Part shown: in pieces, positions 10,305 to 18,089 of the stretch
Layout: each line of letters opens with the position of its first letter
Position numbering within the stretch: the first letter of the stretch is position 1
Source: Phycisphaera mikurensis NBRC 102666
Lineage (GTDB): Bacteria > Planctomycetota > Phycisphaerae > Phycisphaerales > Phycisphaeraceae
Assembly (NCBI RefSeq): GCF_000284115.1
Contig: NC_017080.1
Span: 1,140,001 to 1,172,000 of the forward strand
Direction: 5' to 3'
Length of the DNA stretch: 32,000 bases
Notes under the pieces: model-generated
Database searches by the model: none
What the model saw: only the letters and a program-made list of their open reading frames with translations
Told to the model about the DNA's origin: nothing
Translations under genes and position numbers: made by a program

Positions 10305-12146
10305 ATGCACCGTTTCCTCCTCGCAGCGTTCACCACCTCCGCCACCCCACTCCTCCTCCTGCTGACGCTGACGCTCGCCGGACCCGCCGCCGCGAGCGAG
10401 CCGCCCGAAGCGGTCGCCCGCCGGCCGGTGACACTGGACTTCCCGGTGGAGGAAACGAGCGAGACCGCCGCCGACAACCCCTTCCTGAACCGCCGCTTGC
10501 AAGTGCGGTTCGAGAAGGACGGCGAGGCGTTCAGCGTCCCGGGCTTCTACGCCGCCGACGGCGACGCGGCCGAGACCGACGCCGACGCCGGCGGCGTCTA
10601 CCGCGTTCGCTTCACCCCGCCAGCGCCGGGGACCTGGCGCTACGAGGTCGCCTTTCGGCGGGGGCCGGGGGTCGCCATCGACGACGACCCGCGGGTGGGC
10701 GAGCCGGTCGCCCCGCACGACGGGACGGCCGGCACGCTCGCGGTCGCGCCCGCGCCCGCGGACGCCACCGGCTTCGCCGCCTCCGGCGGGCTGATCCACC
10801 CGCCGGGCCATTACGTCCACACCCGCGACGGCGGGCCGGTGCTGCTCTTCGGGCCCAACTCCCCGGAAAACTTCCTCGCCTACGAAGATTTCGACGGCAC
10901 GTCCTCGCACAACCCCGAGCGGCAGCTGGTCAAGAGCTGGGGCCCGCACGTGCGGGACTGGAACGAGGGCGACCCGACCTGGCGCGACGGGCTCGGCAAG
11001 GGCATCCTGGGCGCCCTCAACTACATCGCCGGCCAGGGCATGAACGTCGTCTACGTGATGACGCTCACGCTCGAGGGCGACGCCTCGGACGTGTGGCCGT
11101 TCATCGGCCCGGAGAAGGGCGACTTCACCCGCTTCGACGTGAGCAAGCTGGACCAGTGGGAGATCGTCTTCGCCCACGCCGAGCGCCTCGGCGTCGCGCT
11201 GGAGCTGATCCTCCAGGAGCAGGAGAACCAGATGCTGCTCGACGACGGCAACCTGGGACCGGAGCGGAAGCTGTACCTCCGCGAGCTGACCGCCCGCTTC
11301 GGCCACCTGCACAACCTCCTCTGGAACATCGGCGAGGAGAACGGCCCCGGCGGTGGCAGCTGGCCGCAGGGCCAGAACGACCAGCAGCGCCTGGCGATGA
11401 TCCGCTACTTGAAGGACAACGACCCCTACAAGCGGCCGGTCCTGATGCACACCTACTACACGGACAACGCGCAGCGGAACAACATCCTCGAGCCGCTGCT
11501 CCGGTACGACCGCTTCGATGGCATCTCGCTGCAGAGCGGGCGGATCGAGCCCGTTCACCACGACGTGAAGAAGTGGATCGACCTCTCGGCCAAGCGGAAG
11601 CGGCCCTGGATCGTGCTCATGGACGAGATCGGCCCGTGGCAGACCGGCACGCTCGAGGACGACCGCGACCCGGCGCACAACGCGCTGCGGCAGGACGTGC
11701 TCTGGGGGGCACTCACCGCCGGCGCCGGGGGCGTGCAGTGGTACTTCGGCTGGTTCAGCGAGAACACGGACCTGAACACCGAAGACTGGCGGACCCGCGA
11801 GAACATGTGGGAGCAGACGCTCGTCGCCCGCCGCTTCTTCGAGGACCTTCCCTTCACGGAGATGTCCTGCACCGACGAACTCGTCGACGCGGAACGGACC
11901 TGGTGCTTCAGCAAGCCCGGCGAGGTGTACGCCGTCTACCTCAAGGAGGGCGGCACGACCCGGTTGGACCTCCGGGAGGAAGACGGCACGTTCGAGGTCC
12001 GCTGGCTGAACCCGCGGACCGGCGGGGAGCTGCAGACCGGCACCGTCGAGACCGTCACCGGCGGCGACCGCGTGGAGCTGGGCTTCGCACCGGCGCAGAC
12101 CGACCGCGACTGGGCGGTGCGGGTCCGCCGCTCGCCCCCGCGGTAG
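10305..12146 (+). CDS. Secreted DUF5060-domain putative glycoside hydrolase
   Basis: Signal peptide MHRFLLAAFTTSATPLLLLLTLTLAGPAAA, N-terminal beta-sandwich (YRVRFTPPAPGTWRYEVAF), TIM-barrel-like LLWNIGEENG and C-terminal VRWLNPRTGG. Confidence 0.75.
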   Translation: MHRFLLAAFTTSATPLLLLLTLTLAGPAAASEPPEAVARRPVTLDFPVEETSETAADNPFLNRRLQVRFEKDGEAFSVPGFYAADGDAAETDADAGGVYRVRFTPPAPGTWRYEVAFRRGPGVAIDDDPRVGEPVAPHDGTAGTLAVAPAPADATGFAASGGLIHPPGHYVHTRDGGPVLLFGPNSPENFLAYEDFDGTSSHNPERQLVKSWGPHVRDWNEGDPTWRDGLGKGILGALNYIAGQGMNVVYVMTLTLEGDASDVWPFIGPEKGDFTRFDVSKLDQWEIVFAHAERLGVALELILQEQENQMLLDDGNLGPERKLYLRELTARFGHLHNLLWNIGEENGPGGGSWPQGQNDQQRLAMIRYLKDNDPYKRPVLMHTYYTDNAQRNNILEPLLRYDRFDGISLQSGRIEPVHHDVKKWIDLSAKRKRPWIVLMDEIGPWQTGTLEDDRDPAHNALRQDVLWGALTAGAGGVQWYFGWFSENTDLNTEDWRTRENMWEQTLVARRFFEDLPFTEMSCTDELVDAERTWCFSKPGEVYAVYLKEGGTTRLDLREEDGTFEVRWLNPRTGGELQTGTVETVTGGDRVELGFAPAQTDRDWAVRVRRSPPR

Positions 12147-12260
12147 GAACGCGGCCTCCGCCGCTCCACGCCCCGCGCGGGGGCGGGAGCACCCCGCAAA
12201 GGTGCCGGACGCTCCGGCGGTCTCTCCGGGCCGGTCGCGGCGCGGGGCTCCACGCCGGCC

Positions 12261-13019
12261 TCACGCCTTCCGCGGCTGGCACGCCGGGCACCAGTGGCTC
12301 TTGCGCTGGAGCTCGCCGATCTCTTGCTTGCTCACCGGTCCGCCGCAGGCGGGGCAGGTTCTGCGACCGTAAAGCTGCATGCTCGGCTGGATGTGCCGGC
12401 CGGCCCGGTACTCGCCGAGGAAGTGCCTCGAGAACGCGGCGGCCTCCCGCATCAAGCGCAGCCCGCTTGCACGCGGGATGGCGCCCACCGCGTCGAGCGG
12501 GCTGACGCGGGCCCGGAACATCGCCTCGTTCTTGATCTTGTTGCCCAGGCCGGGGAAGAGGTCCTGGTCCAGCAGCGCGTCGCCGAGGATCGCGTCGGGC
12601 AGCGCCTTCGCCGCGGCGTCCCAGCCGCGGGCGGGGCGGAAGCGCGGGTCGAGCATGTCGCGGGTGACGGGCACGCGGCCGTCGTCCATCTCCCCGGCCG
12701 TCGCGGCGCGCGCCGCACCGAGGTACACGTCGACCCGGTCACGCTCGAAGCCCAGCCGCAGCGTCAGCGTCTTCCCGGGCCGGTCCTCGTTGATGCGCAC
12801 GTCGCCGAACATCAGGCAGTGCACGCGGATCACCACGTCGTCGACGCTCCGGAAGCGGAAGAACAGCAGCTTCCCCGCCGGCACCACCTCCGCGAGCGTG
12901 CGGCCGACGAAGCGTTCCGGCTCCACCGCCCCCGCCCGCTCGCCCTCCACGGCCTCGAGCCGCTGCCCGATCACCCGCTGCAGGTTCTCGGCGAAGAAGC
13001 GGATGCCCGGACCTTCCAT
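12261..13019 (-). CDS. Fpg/Nei-family DNA glycosylase-like protein, atypical N-terminus
   Basis: MEGPGIRFFAENLQRVIGQRL and C-terminal zinc finger LYGRRTCPACGGPVSKQEIGELQRKSHWCPACQ. Start set at 13019. Confidence 0.85.
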   Translation of the reverse strand: MEGPGIRFFAENLQRVIGQRLEAVEGERAGAVEPERFVGRTLAEVVPAGKLLFFRFRSVDDVVIRVHCLMFGDVRINEDRPGKTLTLRLGFERDRVDVYLGAARAATAGEMDDGRVPVTRDMLDPRFRPARGWDAAAKALPDAILGDALLDQDLFPGLGNKIKNEAMFRARVSPLDAVGAIPRASGLRLMREAAAFSRHFLGEYRAGRHIQPSMQLYGRRTCPACGGPVSKQEIGELQRKSHWCPACQPRKA

Positions 13020-13082
13020 GGCCGACGCTAAGCGGCAGGGATCCGAGCGGGCGCCACCCCAAAACCGAACGCGTAACCCGCA

Positions 13083-13265
13083 GGGCAGGTCGGCGACCTG
13101 CCACGCCGGCCGCAGGCCGGCAGCGTCGCCTCGTTCGCGAGGGGGTTCGCGGGGAATCACGCTTGAGCCCTCCGGGCTCAACGGCAGGTCGCCGACCTGC
13201 CCTACGGACGGCGGATTCGACCCCCGGAGCCGCAGCGCGCGGCCGCGGGCCGGCAGCGTGGCCTC
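13083..13265. repeat. Intergenic palindrome/direct-repeat cluster (REP-like)
   Basis: GGGCAGGTCGGCGACCTGCC (13083-13102) recurs inverted as GGCAGGTCGCCGACCTGCCC (13183-13202). TTGAGCCC-tcc-GGGCTCAA hairpin at 13163-13181. A 25-bp direct repeat (23/25 identical) at 13108-13132 and 13241-13265. Confidence 0.75.
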
Positions 13266-15054
13266 ACTCGTACGCGATGTCGTCGAGGAAGAAGCGCACC
13301 GGCCGGCCCCGGCCCTCGACGGCGAAGAGGAAGCCGGTCTTGATCCGCGAGAGGTCGGCGCCGGCGAGGTCCAGCTCGTAGCGCTTCCACGCGTCGGTGA
13401 GGGTGACCGTGGTCTCGGCGGAGCCCGTGTCGGGGTGCGGCTTGTCGGCGCCGAGCACGCCGAGGCCGAACTTCACCCGCTCGCCGCCGCGGGCGCCGCG
13501 GGCCCACCACGAGAGCGTCGTGGCGGGTCGGAGGTCGTGCCCGCCCGGCAGGTCGCCCCAGTCGTTGGCGGGGTGCTGCCAGACGACGCCGCCCCAGCCG
13601 GAGGCCCCGGTGAAGCTCGCGACGAGGCAGGTCTCACCGGTTCTTGGAGCCTCCCGGCTGACCTCCAGCGTGGTGGCGGCCACGTCGCCCATGAAGCCCG
13701 ACGGCGTCCAGGGGGCGGCGGCTCCTTCGGGGTCCACGCGGAAGGGCAGGTCGGCCCCGCCGCCGGCCAGCGGCTCCGGCGGCACGCGCACGAGGACCGG
13801 CACGTTGGCGGTCGCGGCGTGGCCGGCGGGGTCGCGGGCGTACGCGAACAGCCGGTAGGCGCCCGGTTTCTCCGGCAGGCGGAGCGTCGCGGAATCCGCG
13901 GACCGTGACGTGAAAACGCCCGAAACCTCCGCGGTCCGCGGCTCGAAGTCGCCGCCCACGCCGTCGCCGGCGGAGGCCTCGCGGAGGACCCACGCGACCT
14001 CCAGCGGCTCGCCCTCGGGGTCGGTCGCCTCGAGGTCCGCAACGAGCGTCGCGCCCGGTGCGGCGACCACGTCGCCGTCGAGCGTCAGCCCGGACACCGC
14101 CGGCGCCAGGTCGGCCGGTGCGTCGCCGGACCACAGCCGGGTCATGGTGTCGACGGCCGCGGTCCTGGAGCCGTCGGCCAGGAACATGCCGTACCAGGTG
14201 TCGGTGGTCTCCTGCTTGTCGCCCCAGAGGAAGGCGTAGGTGCCCAGGCAGGTGTCGGGATGTCCGTTCACGCTCGCCTCGTACCCGCGGCGGTAGAAGT
14301 CGGCCTTCTGCGTGGAGGTCTGCTCGACGGGCGTGCCCCAGGCGGCCTTGCCGACCTCCCAGTGGCCCAGCGGCCCGTGCTCGGTGAGCGCCCACGGCTT
14401 GCCGACGGCGGGCTCGACGGCGGCGTAGCGGTCGCCGACGTTGATCGCGCCGCCGTAGGAGTTGATGCCGACGACGTCGACCGCCGGGCACAGGTCGCGG
14501 ATCTTCTCGGCCTTGATCGCCCCCGGGCCGAGGTCGGCGATCACCGTCATCGTCGGGTGGTCCGGGTCCATCGCCTTGAGCGCGGCGGCGAGGTCGTTGA
14601 CCGCGGCGTAGACCGCGTCGCGAGCGCCCGCCCCCTCCATCTCGTTGCCCACGCCCCACATCAGCACCGCCGGATGATCCATCAGCGACCGGGCCTGCGC
14701 CAGCAGCTCGTCGTGCTGTTCCTTCACGAACGCCGGGTCGTCGTACGAGTGCCCGTGCCGCTCGTGCTCCATCCACAGGCCGACGGTGACGGAGAGCCCC
14801 AGCGCGTGCGCCTCGTCCAGCAGCGGCCGGGTCGTGGCGTCGACGCCCCAGGTGCGCAGCGAGTTTGCACCCGCCGCGGCGAGCTCGGCCAGACGCGTCG
14901 TGCCGCCGACGCCCCGGATCGCGTACGGCTCGCCGTCGCGGAGCAGGGTGAAGCCGCCGTCGGCTTCGGTGATCGTGGTCGGCGTGGGCGCGGCGTGGGC
15001 GGGAGCGGCCGCGAGCACGGCAGCGGCGAGCAGCGGGGCGAGGCGGCGGAGCAT
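13264..15054 (-). CDS. Secreted GH2-type TIM-barrel glycosidase with C-terminal beta-sandwich
   Basis: Signal peptide MLRRLAPLLAAAVLAAAPAHA. RGVGGTTRLAELAAAGANSLRTWG, HPAVLMWGVGNEMEG, KPWALTEHGPLG. Confidence 0.75.
   Translation of the reverse strand: MLRRLAPLLAAAVLAAAPAHAAPTPTTITEADGGFTLLRDGEPYAIRGVGGTTRLAELAAAGANSLRTWGVDATTRPLLDEAHALGLSVTVGLWMEHERHGHSYDDPAFVKEQHDELLAQARSLMDHPAVLMWGVGNEMEGAGARDAVYAAVNDLAAALKAMDPDHPTMTVIADLGPGAIKAEKIRDLCPAVDVVGINSYGGAINVGDRYAAVEPAVGKPWALTEHGPLGHWEVGKAAWGTPVEQTSTQKADFYRRGYEASVNGHPDTCLGTYAFLWGDKQETTDTWYGMFLADGSRTAAVDTMTRLWSGDAPADLAPAVSGLTLDGDVVAAPGATLVADLEATDPEGEPLEVAWVLREASAGDGVGGDFEPRTAEVSGVFTSRSADSATLRLPEKPGAYRLFAYARDPAGHAATANVPVLVRVPPEPLAGGGADLPFRVDPEGAAAPWTPSGFMGDVAATTLEVSREAPRTGETCLVASFTGASGWGGVVWQHPANDWGDLPGGHDLRPATTLSWWARGARGGERVKFGLGVLGADKPHPDTGSAETTVTLTDAWKRYELDLAGADLSRIKTGFLFAVEGRGRPVRFFLDDIAYE
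13896..13941 (-). repeat. 46-bp dispersed inverted-repeat element, copy F (inside CDS)
   Basis: CCGCGGACCG-tgacgtgaaaacgcccgaaacctccg-CGGTCCGCGG, perfect arms. Translates in the host gene as EPRTAEVSGVFTSRSADS. Confidence 0.85.
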
Positions 15055-15105
15055 GGCGGCGGTGCGTGGGGAGGGGAGGGCCAGGTGGAGGCGAAGCCCG
15101 CGGGC

Positions 15106-15900
15106 TCAGGGCATCTCGGGGAAGGTGTCCAGCCGGACGTTGGCGAGCAGCAGCTGGCCCTGCCGCTCGGTGGAGGCGTGGCCGTCCATGAAGAGGACGT
15201 TGGCCGCTTCGTCGCCGGCGTGCCGCCAGCGGAGGTGGCCCCTCGCGGCGAAGACGTCCTCGTTGGGGCCGATCGGCAGCGGATCGGCGTTCGTGGCGTC
15301 GCCCTTGCGGAAGACCCAGGCGGGCAGGTTGGCGAGTGGCAGCATGCTGAACGCATTGGCCACCGCGTCGCCGTTGGCTTCCGATTGCGGCCCGTCGGCG
15401 TTCAAAAGGATCTCCGACGGCCGGCGCTGGCTGTCCCAGGTCACGCGCTCGTCCGGGGCACCCCAGCCCAGGGTCGGCACGAGGATCGGGTGGGCGCTGT
15501 ACGTCTTGGTGCCGGCCTCGATGGCCGACGACGGGCACCGCATGACCGGGCTCTCGGCGTTGCCGCCGGAGGTGTACGTCTTGGTGGATCCCTCGAAGTA
15601 GCCGGAGATGCTGAGCATCCAGTCGGCCTGCTCGTAGTTGCCGCTGCCGGGCGGGTTCTCGATCGAGTAGTACGCGTACGGGTACTCGTCGCGGTTGTCC
15701 ATCGCGTAGCCCATGAAGCCGATGCCGTGCTGCCGCTCGTTGGCGAGGCACTGCATCGTCTTGGCGGAGGCGCGGGCGGCGTTGAGCGCCGGCAGGAGGA
15801 TGCCGATGAGCAGCGCGATGATGGAGATGACGACGAGCAGCTCGATGAGCGTGAAGCCGGAGCCGCGTGTGCGGGGGTGGGTGCGGGGCAGGGGGAGCAT
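15106..15900 (-). CDS. Prepilin-type N-terminal cleavage/methylation domain protein
   Basis: [43 protein letters not shown] and VLFMDGHAS. Start set at MLPLPRTHP, 15900. Confidence 0.88.
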   Translation of the reverse strand: MLPLPRTHPRTRGSGFTLIELLVVISIIALLIGILLPALNAARASAKTMQCLANERQHGIGFMGYAMDNRDEYPYAYYSIENPPGSGNYEQADWMLSISGYFEGSTKTYTSGGNAESPVMRCPSSAIEAGTKTYSAHPILVPTLGWGAPDERVTWDSQRRPSEILLNADGPQSEANGDAVANAFSMLPLANLPAWVFRKGDATNADPLPIGPNEDVFAARGHLRWRHAGDEAANVLFMDGHASTERQGQLLLANVRLDTFPEMP

Positions 15901-15989
15901 GGGACGAATCCGAGGTGAGGCGTGCGGGGGGAAGGCTCCGGGCCGCCGTCGGGCGGCCGCCGGAGAGCGTGGGAGAACGAGCGGCCGGG

Positions 15990-16757
15990 TCAGCGACGCC
16001 GCCGCAGCAGCAGGCCGCTCGCCGCGGCGAGCAGCACCGCGGAGGCGGGCTCGGGGATCGCGGCGACGTCCGCGACGAAGACGATGTTGTCGTAATCGAC
16101 GGCGGATCCCTCGAAGTCCGAGGAGGTGTTGCGGAAGCCGAACTGGAGGATCTGGCCCTGCAGCGCAGCGTCCGTCAGGTCGAGCGTCAGCATCCCGGAG
16201 ACCGGGGCGGCGGCCGGGGTGTTCGTGGTGTCGACGGCGAGGTCGTTGGTGGCGGCGAAGCCGTTGTTGGGATCGAGCGTGATGAGGAACGCCTCGGTGA
16301 AGGCGTCGCCGGTGGGCGGGCTGCTGTTGCCCTGCGCGAGCCAGCTGAACGAGACGGTGTTGCCGATGTCCGCGGCGCCGATGATCTGCTCTTGGAACAG
16401 GCTGAGGCGCAGGTCCCGGTTGTCGTTGGGATCGTTGTGGGAGCCGTTCCCGTAGGCGCTGAAGTAGACGAGACCCTGGTCGCCGGCCGGCGGGTTCCCG
16501 CCGGAGGCGCTGTCGCTGATCACCGAGATGTCGGGGCTGGTGATGTTGTTGGGGGCGCCGAAGACGCCGAAGGTGTACGAGGTGGAGCCGTCGGGGTTGA
16601 TGCCGGCGCCGAAGATCTTGAAGCCGTCGTTGGCGAGCGCGTCGGGGTTGGTTCGATCGAGGGCCTCGAAGTCCTGGCTGTAGTCCGCCAGCTGGGCGGA
16701 GGCCGGAGCGGCCGCGAGAGCGACGGCGGTGAGGAGAACGGGGGTGTGGCGAAGCAT
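15990..16757 (-). CDS. PEP-CTERM sorting domain protein
   Basis: Signal peptide, low-complexity secreted body, C-terminal IPEPASAVLLAAASGLLLRRRR. Confidence 0.88.
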   Translation of the reverse strand: MLRHTPVLLTAVALAAAPASAQLADYSQDFEALDRTNPDALANDGFKIFGAGINPDGSTSYTFGVFGAPNNITSPDISVISDSASGGNPPAGDQGLVYFSAYGNGSHNDPNDNRDLRLSLFQEQIIGAADIGNTVSFSWLAQGNSSPPTGDAFTEAFLITLDPNNGFAATNDLAVDTTNTPAAAPVSGMLTLDLTDAALQGQILQFGFRNTSSDFEGSAVDYDNIVFVADVAAIPEPASAVLLAAASGLLLRRRR

Positions 16758-16863
16758 GGCGAAAGCCTCCAGGGGTGAGCCTCACAGAAGAGGCGGTTGG
16801 CGATCCGGCCGAACGGCCGGCAGAAAGACACGAAAACGGGGGAAGCGGCGGCGGGGTCTGCGG

Positions 16864-17862
16864 TCAGCCAGCCGGCGACGCCGCGCACGAGCGGTGGACC
16901 TCCAGCCAGGCCTCGTGCGTGCGGGACAGCGGCTCGTCGGCGCCGTCGACCAGCTCGTCGAGCAGGGCGACGGCGTCTTCGCCGAGGGCTTTGGCGTTCT
17001 GGCAGACGCAGGTCATCTCCGGCGAGAGCAGGTGGCGCAGCTCGCCGTCGTCGAAGCCCATGACCGACATGTCCTCGGGCACGCGGATGCCGTTGTTGGG
17101 CAGCTCCTGGAGCAGCCCGGCGCAGGTCATCGGGTCGAGCACGAAGAGGGCGGTGGGCTTGTCGGGCAGGGCCGCGATGCGGCGGGCCAGCTGCACGCCG
17201 CCTTCGCGGTGGGCGGGCGTCCGCAGCAGCGGCTGGGCCTGCGGGTCGAGCCCGGCGGCCTTGAGGGCTTCCGCGAAGCCCAGCGCCCGGTCGGCGTGGT
17301 CGGTGTCGTCGATGACGTTGGTGCACAGCGCGAAGCGGCGGTGGCCCAGGTGCAGCAGGTGCTCGGCGGCTTGGCGGCTGGCGGCGCGGCTGGAGCACTG
17401 GACCGACTTCACCGTCGGCGCGTCGAAGCGCTCGCCGGCGACGACCGCCGGGAAGCGCTCGCGGGCGATCTCCTCGCAGACGTGCAGCGTCCGGGCGGTC
17501 GTGCGGACGACCGCTCCGCGGACGCCCTTGCGGAGGAACAGCTGCGTGAGGCTCTCGCCGCTGCGGCGGCTGTGCTGGGCGTGCAGAAGGAGCAGGTCGA
17601 GGTCTCGCTCACGCAGCCGCTCGGCGACGCCGGAGAGCAGGGCGGAATCGAACGGCGAGCCGAGGCTCGACTCGTCGGTGTAGACGAAGGCGACGTTGGT
17701 GGTGCTCTTGAGCCCGACCGCCGGCCGGTAATCCATCTCGGCGACCATGGCCATCACCTTGTCCCGGGTGGAGGGCTCCACGCCCGGGTTGTTGTTGAGC
17801 ACCCGCGACACGGTCGCGGTGGAGACGCCGGCGAGCCGGGCGATGGAGCGGACGGAGGCCAT
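16864..17862 (-). CDS. LacI family transcriptional regulator
   Basis: MASVRSIARLAGVSTATVSRVLNNNPGVEPSTRDKVMAMVAEMDYRPA plus sugar-binding-like domain. Confidence 0.94.
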   Translation of the reverse strand: MASVRSIARLAGVSTATVSRVLNNNPGVEPSTRDKVMAMVAEMDYRPAVGLKSTTNVAFVYTDESSLGSPFDSALLSGVAERLRERDLDLLLLHAQHSRRSGESLTQLFLRKGVRGAVVRTTARTLHVCEEIARERFPAVVAGERFDAPTVKSVQCSSRAASRQAAEHLLHLGHRRFALCTNVIDDTDHADRALGFAEALKAAGLDPQAQPLLRTPAHREGGVQLARRIAALPDKPTALFVLDPMTCAGLLQELPNNGIRVPEDMSVMGFDDGELRHLLSPEMTCVCQNAKALGEDAVALLDELVDGADEPLSRTHEAWLEVHRSCAASPAG

Positions 17863-17916
17863 GGGCGGTGCCGGTGGAGAGGAGAGAGGCTCTGAAACGA
17901 AGAGGTGTCACAGCTA

Positions 17917-17929
17917 TGTAACTGTTACA
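17917..17929. promoter_or_regulatory. Candidate operator upstream of the 16864-17862 LacI gene
   Basis: TGTAAC-T-GTTACA, perfect 6-bp arms, 54 bp upstream of the ATG. Confidence 0.45.
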
Positions 17930-18089
17930 CGGGCCAGTCTAACTGATCTCGACGGCCGGTCTGCATTCTCGATCCGATTTTTTCGGCCTAGGAGAAACCC
18001 TGATGTAGATCGCGGCCGGGTGCCGCGGCCGGGCCCGATGACCGGCATCTCCCGTCCGGGCGGGGCCCGACGAAGCCGGCGAGGGGGTC

